DNA of 64,000 bases, from the NCBI GenBank assembly GCA_958296135.2, contig CATQHZ020000001.1, forward strand, positions 2,432,001 to 2,496,000, written 5' to 3'. Positions 56,885-64,000 of the stretch are shown here, in pieces. Under the pieces are notes generated by a model, which had not been told where the DNA came from, made no database searches, and saw only the letters and a list, made by a program, of their open reading frames with translations. Within the stretch, counting starts at the first letter, position 1. Every line of letters starts with the position of its first letter. The stretch comes from an uncultured Poribacteria bacterium (GTDB taxonomy: Bacteria; Poribacteria; WGA-4E; WGA-3G). Made by a program: the position numbers and the translations under genes.

Positions 56885-57205
56885 GATTAGACGAATGCCA
56901 ACTGTAGGCTATCTCCTTTATCTATCTGTTTTGCTGCAGCGGGTGGCGGCTCGAAATTAGTGACGAGTGCCTCTAACATCGGCTTTCTATTCAATTTATG
57001 AGCAGGACGGCAACACCCAAATGCTAGCAGACTCCATGCAAAATGTGGTAGAAGCGCAAGGCAATATCGGAGAACTTGCAAAGCAGGCCCTGGATGTCCT
57101 CTCAGAACTAGGCGGGCATCCCCGCTTGGTGCCCTCCGTTGCCGATGACTACATCAACTCATACACGGCTGACATGCTTTCGATAGAACTTGTGAAGAGC
57201 GCGGT

Positions 57206-59836
57206 TTAAACCTCATCCGCCGAGGCCACGACGCGATAATCCACGTCAAGCGCATCGCGGAAATGGCGTTCGCCACATCGGATTTTTCGCGACTCATCGA
57301 GACGGAGTTGCGATGCATCTGCTGTCCCCTTCGTCTCGCGCACCAAGTAAAGCTTCTCACCGCTGGGAACACCGAACGCATCGCGCTCCTCCTTCACGAT
57401 AGCCCAATCCGGATTGTAGTCCCCGATGGGTGTCGGTACAATGAAAAAAGCGGGCAACTTGAGATAGCACCTGATGTCCTCGCGCTGCTCTAAGCCTTCA
57501 ACGAATACCCGTTCAACCTCCGAATCGTATATCACCGCATCATAGACGGAACGCGAAGCAGGCACCATGCAGTCCTTCCAACTCTCCAACTCGCAGTCTA
57601 ATTGGCGCATTTCATACACTTCGCCAATTTGCTCGTATGTTATGCCATCAATGAGCTGCTGCGTAATCTTCTCCCTGATAAACCCAACCGCAACTTTGGC
57701 AAATTCGGAAGGGGTGTCTATTGCTGCCTGCTGATTTCGGGTGCGTTTCAGAATCTGCAGCAGGGTGCGCCGCGTCAATCTCATCGCCGGAGTCGTATGC
57801 GTCAACCGATGCTCCATGTAACCGACGACGTTTGCACCCCCAGGCACCCGATACGTAAAACTTCCCTCCCCAGTGTGCTGAACAGAGAAGCTATCCTCTT
57901 CATCTGCGACTACGCGGCCCCTGCCGATGCTGATCTGCGGCAGTTCGATCTTGGCATTATCCAACGCCGCCACAACCTCGGAGATGAGTGCCTCTGTGTC
58001 AACCTCCACCTTATATCGCGTCTTGTGTTTGATCCGTTCCCAGAGTTCCTTGAACGCCGGCGTGAGCAGCATCTCCTTGTTCGGCCGCACAACACCGCGT
58101 TCGCGGGCATTCTGCGGTTTCAGCGCATTAACTGCACTCCCGAATTCCTCCGCGACCTCGGTTTGCAACTGCCTGACGTAACTGGCGTAACTATCGTTGG
58201 CAACGACGGTGAGCAAATTAAGCTGCCCATCATGCACCCGTTTTCCATCCTGATTAACAGCAAGGCGCACGCCCCGGCCAATCTCCTGCCGTTTCTTCAT
58301 CTCCGAAGCAGTCTGGTTGAGCGTGCAGAGCTGGAAAACGTTCGGACTATCCCACCCCTCGCGAAGCGCAGAATGCGAGAAGATAAAGCACGTCGGTTCG
58401 TCAAAGGACAACAGCCGCTCCTTGTCTTTCATGATCAGTTGATACGCCTCCGCGTCGCGCTGCGCCTCCCCCGTTTTGCTATCCTCGTAGACAGCCTTGC
58501 CACCCTTCTTGCTTTGGGCGAAGTAGGCGGCTTGCACATCCGCCGAGCGTTTGTCCCGCCACGCCGCATAGCGCGCCTCCTGCTTCAACTCGTTGAAACA
58601 TTTGTCAAACAACACGCGGATAACCCCATCTTCATCGGCGTAGTTGCTGACTTTATCAATGAAAAAGAGAGATAACACCTTGATACCGTGCGGCTTGAGG
58701 CGCGCCTGTTTCCGAAAATGTTCCTCTATCGTATAGCGGATTTGCGCCTCAAACATCGCGGTTTTGTCGGCACCGCGCGATTCTCCCTCCTTTATTTCCA
58801 CGCCGTTTTCAAAAGTGACAACGCCCCAACCCAGTTCAATCTCCCTGACGCGGTAGCCTTCATACGCCAGCAGATTGGTTTTCACAGACAAATCGTCACC
58901 CGGCTTGACGGTAAGCGTGGTGGGCTTTACCGTGCCGCTCTTCTGCAGCTTATGCACGGCGAGTCTCGCTGTCACGCTGCTTTTTCGGCTTTGGAGGCTT
59001 TTCACCTCAACGAAAGCGCGACTCGCCTCCGCGCTCGCCTCAAAACCAGCCACCTCTATCTGTTTTACCAATCCCTGCCGATATGCATCGTAAGGCGTTA
59101 AACGGTAAACGCGGTTGTAAGCCTTCCGATGCGTGGCACTATACCGCAAGGCGAATAGGGGTGATAAGGACGAGAGAGACTCAACACTCAAATCGCTTTC
59201 CATCCGCTGCGGTTCGTCTAAGATGAGAATCGGGCGCGCCGCTTGGATAAGGTGAATCGGCGTCTCCCCTTGCAACCGGTCGGTGCTTTGACGAATGACG
59301 TTGGATGCCTTGTTGAACGAGGCAAGCGTCATCACCATAATCTCCACGCTGCCAGACAAGGCAAATTGCCGGACCTGGGAGAGATTTGCGGAATCGTAAA
59401 CGCAATAGCGGTAGGGCAAATTCTGATACAAGTTCCTGAAATGCGCCTCCGTCATCTGGAGGGTTTTCAGCACACCTTCCCGAATCGCCACTGACGGCAC
59501 AACAACGATGAACTTCCGCATCCCATACTGCTGAAAGAGCTCCAGCACGGTGCGCAGATAGATGTAGGTTTTCCCAGTGCCGGTTTCCATCTCTACAGAA
59601 AAGTTTAGAAACCCAGTAGGCGCGACCTCCCGGTCGCGATTATCTACTACAACCTGTGCAAGGTTACGGTAAATCTGTTCATCGCCCAGGTCCAGCCGAT
59701 TGGGAATAGCAGCGAAGTTGGTATCGCCGCTGAATTGGAGGTTCGCCTGCACGCGGCTTTGTCCTTCAAACAGTTTGACAACGGCATCGATCGCATCGCG
59801 TTGATATGCCTGATTCGCATCAAATTCAAATCGCAT
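57206..59836 (-). CDS. res: Type III restriction enzyme Res subunit
   Basis: Start MRFEFDANQAYQ at 59836; METGTGKT, DEPQ, RYSATH, LREGWD, QEIGRGVR, YNPDWA...ETKG. Confidence 0.92.
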   Translation of the reverse strand: MRFEFDANQAYQRDAIDAVVKLFEGQSRVQANLQFSGDTNFAAIPNRLDLGDEQIYRNLAQVVVDNRDREVAPTGFLNFSVEMETGTGKTYIYLRTVLELFQQYGMRKFIVVVPSVAIREGVLKTLQMTEAHFRNLYQNLPYRYCVYDSANLSQVRQFALSGSVEIMVMTLASFNKASNVIRQSTDRLQGETPIHLIQAARPILILDEPQRMESDLSVESLSSLSPLFALRYSATHRKAYNRVYRLTPYDAYRQGLVKQIEVAGFEASAEASRAFVEVKSLQSRKSSVTARLAVHKLQKSGTVKPTTLTVKPGDDLSVKTNLLAYEGYRVREIELGWGVVTFENGVEIKEGESRGADKTAMFEAQIRYTIEEHFRKQARLKPHGIKVLSLFFIDKVSNYADEDGVIRVLFDKCFNELKQEARYAAWRDKRSADVQAAYFAQSKKGGKAVYEDSKTGEAQRDAEAYQLIMKDKERLLSFDEPTCFIFSHSALREGWDSPNVFQLCTLNQTASEMKKRQEIGRGVRLAVNQDGKRVHDGQLNLLTVVANDSYASYVRQLQTEVAEEFGSAVNALKPQNARERGVVRPNKEMLLTPAFKELWERIKHKTRYKVEVDTEALISEVVAALDNAKIELPQISIGRGRVVADEEDSFSVQHTGEGSFTYRVPGGANVVGYMEHRLTHTTPAMRLTRRTLLQILKRTRNQQAAIDTPSEFAKVAVGFIREKITQQLIDGITYEQIGEVYEMRQLDCELESWKDCMVPASRSVYDAVIYDSEVERVFVEGLEQREDIRCYLKLPAFFIVPTPIGDYNPDWAIVKEERDAFGVPSGEKLYLVRETKGTADASQLRLDESRKIRCGERHFRDALDVDYRVVASADEV

Positions 59837-59928
59837 TGGTTTTCCTTTGCTGACGCGCCCTTGGAACGTAGCGCGGGGGCCTGTCCCCCGCGATTGTGGC
59901 ACGACGAGGGACAGCCCCTCGCGCGCCC

Positions 59929-61757
59929 TCAAATCGTTTTGAGTCTGCATTGCAACGCAAGGTTCGCCGCAAGCGTATCGGTTAACGCAATATCCCGACA
60001 GATAAACACAGAATCCTTCGACAGCCCGAGGCACTCTACATCCCCCGGCACAAGTTCCGCATCCAAACAGACATAGAACATCTGCGAACCATCGGGCGCA
60101 GCGATGCGAAAAACCGTATTCGTCGCAAGGCCCGCAACGCGCGCAATTGTGCTATCAAGCGGGTATCCCTCTTTAAGCGCAACTTCATAAAGGACATCCT
60201 CTTCGCACCAACCCTCTCGGAGCGGATCGACGGTGCTTTCCAAGTGTGTGATATACGTTTGCGCGTCTTCGGCGAGGACATTGTCTTCTGTCCGATAGTT
60301 GGACTCGGCAAGTTTGAAGACGCGGAAGCCAGCGTTTTCCCGCTGACACACGCGACGGATTCGCTCCTTACCAATCTCGGCAATCGTCTCAAATCCCGCT
60401 TTGCGCGCATCCGACTTTTCCGGAGTAGGCTCTGGCAATTGCACCATGATAAATTGCCGCTCGCCTGAATCCTCCCGATTGAGTTCCAACACTGCCTCTG
60501 CTGTCGTGCAAGAGCCCGCGAAGAAATCCAAAATAATGGAATCTGCGGCAGTGCTGAACTGCAGGAGGTGTTTAATTAAACCCACCGGTTTGGGAAAATC
60601 AAAGATAAAAACATCGTCTCTCTCAAAAAGTTTACGAAGTTGTGCTGTGCCGTGGCTTGTTTGTTCCATATCCGTTAGCAAACTTCGCATCACTCTCGCA
60701 GAAGAATTCAGATAGTGCTTGTATTCTACCTGCCACTCTCCGTTGGAATTCCGCTTGAAAACAATCTTATTTTCCGCTTTCCATTGCCGAAAACGCGCCT
60801 CCGACCAGGCCCAGTATTTCACAACCTTCGACCCGTCCGGACACTCAATCTCATACCGACGACTTTCACGCTGATGCCGGAGCGGTGCCTCAAGACGGAA
60901 TGTTTTGTAGGGACCCAGCGTCGTGTAATACGCATCTCTCCCTTTGTATGCCGCCTGCTCTTTTTCCGTTAGTGGCCGCCTAAGTCTGCCCACTTCGTCT
61001 CGGCTTTTGGCATACATGAGGATATACTCATGATTCGTCGCGAGGTGCTTCATGTTATTCCCGCCGCCGCTATTCCTTTTCCAAATCAACTGTTGCATGA
61101 AATTCTCTTCGCCGAAAATCTCGTTCATCAGGAAGCGAAGATTATGCACCTCGCGGTCATCGATACTGACGAAGATCATGCCATCATCGGTAAGCAGCTG
61201 CCGCGCGAGGAAGAGACGCGGATACATCATGGATAACCACGCCGAGTGGTAGCGGCCACTACTCTCCGGATTGCTCGTCTGCAGATTGCCCTCGGCATCG
61301 ATCTGGCCCGACAATTGAAGGTAGGCATCCAACGGTTTCGCGTAGTCATCGGGGTAGACAAAGTCGCTGCCGGTGTTGTAAGGCGGATCGATGTAAACCG
61401 CCTTCACCCTACCGAAATAGGGTTTGTAAAGGAGTTTCAGCACCTCAAGGTTATCACCTTCAATGAAGAGGTTCGAGGGGCTGTCAAAACGGAGCGACTC
61501 GTCCCAGCACGGCTTGAGAGTAGCATCGGTGGGAACGCTGAGCAGGCGGATGGCATCGCGCTTGCCTGCCCAGTTGAAGTGGTACCTATCATTCGCGTTT
61601 ACCCCCCCCCTTCACCATCACAAATGTATAGTATATTCGCAAGTTTCCCCAGGTCCACTTCGCCTTCGGTGAGGCATTCTGGAAAGAGTTGCTTAAGTTT
61701 TCGGAGCCGCTCCTCGTTTGGAGAGGGTGTCGTTTTCGGAGTTTTATTAGTTTTCAT
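59929..61757 (-). CDS. mod: Type III R-M methyltransferase Mod, frameshifted at a G9 tract (phase OFF)
   Basis: MKTNK...LKQLFPECLTEGEVD...GEGGG-TAA; shifted frame VNANDRYHFNWAGK...IEGDNLEVLK, IDPPYNTG, WLSMMYPRL, FPKP, LDFFAGS. Confidence 0.88.
61602..61610 (-). repeat. G9 homopolymer at the mod frameshift
   Basis: Nine C on the plus strand; G10 or G7 restores the frame. Confidence 0.9.
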
Positions 61758-62275
61758 TGGCATTCTTCTCCAAGCCAACTTTCGTGTGCTTCGTCAAGCG
61801 AAGCGTTCAGTTCGCGCAATTTCGCGATAACCGGGGTCATTACGCCGTGCGGATCGGATTTGTTCCACGCCAGATAGGTGACGAGTGCATCAAGGCATAT
61901 CTGGGTTAACGGACACCCGACATTCGGATCCGGCTCGGTGAAACTTAAATCCGGCACATAACAGTCCCCGTTCTGGATGAGATGATGCCCCCGGATATCC
62001 TGCCATTCACTTGATGGACACAGCAGTTCCTTCGTTTTGTGTTCCATTTCCCGGAGCATCTCTAATTTTGAAAGAATCTCAACGACTGTTCCGACTTCTC
62101 CGCGCCTCAGATTATATTCAGGGATGTCCCGCGTCAGCGCGACGATATCAAGGAGTTCGATTTTCTTTTCGACACTTTCTCGTCCCGGACTGTATTGAGG
62201 CAATCCGTCCAGACACGCAACGTCACCGAAAAATTCGATGGGAGCAAGAGCTGGCTTGCAAGATGCTGCTTTCAC
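61754..62275 (-). CDS. Chimeric ORF containing a DUF4926-like fragment
   Basis: IELLDIVALTRDIPEYNLRRGEVGTVVEIL followed by unrelated sequence; stop overlaps the mod ATG (ATGA). Confidence 0.45.
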   Translation of the reverse strand: MKAASCKPALAPIEFFGDVACLDGLPQYSPGRESVEKKIELLDIVALTRDIPEYNLRRGEVGTVVEILSKLEMLREMEHKTKELLCPSSEWQDIRGHHLIQNGDCYVPDLSFTEPDPNVGCPLTQICLDALVTYLAWNKSDPHGVMTPVIAKLRELNASLDEAHESWLGEECQ

Positions 62276-62287
62276 AACCTATTTCCT

Positions 62288-62665
62288 TTATATCTGAACC
62301 CAGTTGCCCCCGCGGCCCTTCGCGTCACGGGGCATTGAAACGTTGACATCTAAGCCACTGCGCCCGATGTACAAACTGGGGCCTTTGACAACGTAGTCAG
62401 TCACGTGCCCGCGGAGTCCAGCTGCCTCAGATTCATTCCACGATTTGGGCCGGGCGAAGGGCAAAATTTTGCGTAAAAACGGTTCAATCCGGGTGAGCAA
62501 CAAAATGTAGGCAACTCCGGAAAAAAGCACCGTAGTGAGGGTTGCTACCGTAGCGGAACATCCAAGGAAGTAGAGTATCGGATAACACGCCATCACCGGG
62601 ATGAGACACAGTAACAACCCAATTAGACGGAGCGTTTTCCGTTTAAGGATTTCTATCATGTTCAT
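62288..62665 (-). CDS. Hypothetical 2-TM membrane protein
   Basis: AGGAG RBS, two hydrophobic helices, overlaps the upstream gene. Confidence 0.6.
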   Translation of the reverse strand: MNMIEILKRKTLRLIGLLLCLIPVMACYPILYFLGCSATVATLTTVLFSGVAYILLLTRIEPFLRKILPFARPKSWNESEAAGLRGHVTDYVVKGPSLYIGRSGLDVNVSMPRDAKGRGGNWVQI

Positions 62666-62918
62666 CTTTTAACTCCTTTTTCACTTTTTGGTAAGTCCGC
62701 GCTGCTATTGTTATGACAAATTGGAGTGTTCCAAGCGCGCCAACCCCAAGCAAAGCACCGTGTCTAATGGTCTCCGCAATGCCGGTCCATTTTTCGCCGA
62801 TAGTATGCTTGACAAGAAGCGACAGGCCGTAAGCGCAAACAACGAAAGCAGCAACGTAAATCGCCTCAAGAATGAGATCGACTAACGAATCAAGGAAAAG
62901 TAAAAACTTCTGTTTCAA
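62643..62918 (-). CDS. Hypothetical 2-TM membrane protein
   Basis: GAGGAG RBS, TTG start, two hydrophobic helices. Confidence 0.6.
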   Translation of the reverse strand: MKQKFLLFLDSLVDLILEAIYVAAFVVCAYGLSLLVKHTIGEKWTGIAETIRHGALLGVGALGTLQFVITIAARTYQKVKKELKDEHDRNP

Positions 62919-63001
62919 AATGCTCCTCGGCTGCGGATGAGTTCGCGGCTAAAAGGGAGAAACTTGCGGTTTATCCCCAAAAGCGAGCCGACAAAACTCT
63001 A

Positions 63002-63472
63002 CTAGTGGTTTTCTCGGCTTAACGTGGCTATACGAGAGCCGGTTAATTCCGGAACCGTCAAGGTTTCTCCGTCTTGGAGGCGCAAAACAACGAACGCTAT
63101 GCTTTTCAGAATCTGCTCATTGACGGCCTTGTTGTCCTTGTTGATTCCCAATGCCTTCGCCATGGGAAGAACAAACCGTTGCCGTATCTCTGGAAAGATA
63201 GGATGTGTGCTGCGAGTCAAGAGCTGCAGCAGCAACGCAGCTCTATCAATCAATGTTTTGGTATCATCCGGATGGATAGGTGGTTTTTCCTCAAGGCCCC
63301 GTTGAATGACGTATCCAACGCTCCACCACATTGGTGCCATAAATTTAACGGAGTCCTCAGCGGAAACAACATCAAAATGGGGTTCGCATTGTTCCGTGAG
63401 GTATCGTTCAAAATCGGCGATGTGCTCTGTGGCCCATTCGTAGTTCGCATCCTGCATGTCTGCTTGTGCCAT
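63002..63472 (-). CDS. Hypothetical protein
   Basis: GAGGAGGAG RBS, consensus promoter upstream, 156 aa. Confidence 0.7.
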   Translation of the reverse strand: MAQADMQDANYEWATEHIADFERYLTEQCEPHFDVVSAEDSVKFMAPMWWSVGYVIQRGLEEKPPIHPDDTKTLIDRAALLLQLLTRSTHPIFPEIRQRFVLPMAKALGINKDNKAVNEQILKSIAFVVLRLQDGETLTVPELTGSRIATLSRENH

Positions 63473-63514
63473 GAGTTCTCCTCCTCAGATCCCAATTTTA
63501 ATGAGGTTTAATTT

Positions 63515-63543
63515 ATTATACCCTATCTTCCGGTATTTGTCAA
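63515..63543 (-). promoter_or_regulatory. Consensus sigma70 promoter heading the R-M-containing gene string
   Basis: TTGACA-17nt-TATAAT. Confidence 0.8.
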
Positions 63544-63562
63544 TTTTTTTTCGCCGAAAAAT

Positions 63563-63591
63563 TTGACACAAAATAGCATCCGTGCTACAAT
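63563..63591 (+). promoter_or_regulatory. sigma70 promoter for the M42 peptidase
   Basis: TTGACA-17nt-TACAAT, back to back with the minus-strand promoter. Confidence 0.75.
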
Positions 63592-63634
63592 ACTCCTAAA
63601 TGATAACACACTTGCCGCAAGGAATACAAAACAG

Positions 63635-64000
63635 ATGACGCAAAAATCGATAGAACTCCTCACATCGCTGACGCAAGCCGATGGAGTCCCCGGCCACGAA
63701 GCCGAAGTCCGAGAGATTTTTCGCGCGGAATTGAAAGGCATCGGCACCATCGGGACAGATAGACTCGGCAGCATCTTCTGCACGCACGTCGGCAGCGCGG
63801 CATCCCCACGCATCCTGCTCGATTCGCACCTGGACGAAGTTGGGTTCATCGTGCAACGCGTGACCGAGGCAGGATATGTCAAGTTTTTACCGCTCGGCGG
63901 GTGGTGGGCACATACCCTCTTGGCGCAGCGCGTGACGATTTCAACGAAAATCGGCAAGGTGCCAGGCATCATCGGCTCGGTCCCACCACATCTGCTCGGC
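63635..64000 (+). CDS. M42 family aminopeptidase (3'-truncated by window edge)
   Basis: MTQKSIELL...GVPGHEAEVR, DRLGS, SHLDEVGFIV, PLGGWW, GSVPPH. Confidence 0.9.
   Translation, partial: MTQKSIELLTSLTQADGVPGHEAEVREIFRAELKGIGTIGTDRLGSIFCTHVGSAASPRILLDSHLDEVGFIVQRVTEAGYVKFLPLGGWWAHTLLAQRVTISTKIGKVPGIIGSVPPHLLG

Noticed and set aside
1-64000. tRNA (including selC), rRNA, RAYT/transposase, integrase and selABD genes
   Set aside because: None recognised by eye. The Sec machinery and the REP mobiliser must lie elsewhere if the inferences hold.

Overview
Bacterial chromosomal window of moderately high GC. By inference it resembles Candidatus Poribacteria: it has WD40 and FG-GAP proteins with a 'NYPNPFNPETW' C-terminal domain, plus several PhyH dioxygenases, TIM-barrel isomerases and Gfo/Idh/MocA oxidoreductases. 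It holds about 50 protein genes, including queG, pheA, UPF0182, a peptidase-propeller-Omp85 operon, a three-subunit xanthine-dehydrogenase-family enzyme and a type III R-M locus. I found no rRNA, tRNA, CRISPR array or transposase. Main points. (1) Two in-frame-UGA genes that the ORF track misses or splits are putative selenoproteins: an 81-aa DUF5069-like protein (15341-15586, YIYP-U-PQD) and a DUF3179-like protein (55880-56884, W-U-PLC). Each has a SECIS-like hairpin starting exactly 13 nt after the UGA. (2) The type III mod gene is frameshifted OFF at a G9 tract, a candidate for phase variation. (3) GTAG-type REP/REPIN palindromes are abundant. Many sit in frame inside genes and add peptide loops, and several supply the TAG stop codon of a gene. 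(4) A small basic Zn-ribbon protein (possibly bL38-like) with a structured leader lies inside the xanthine dehydrogenase cluster. All family assignments come from motif recognition, not database searches.
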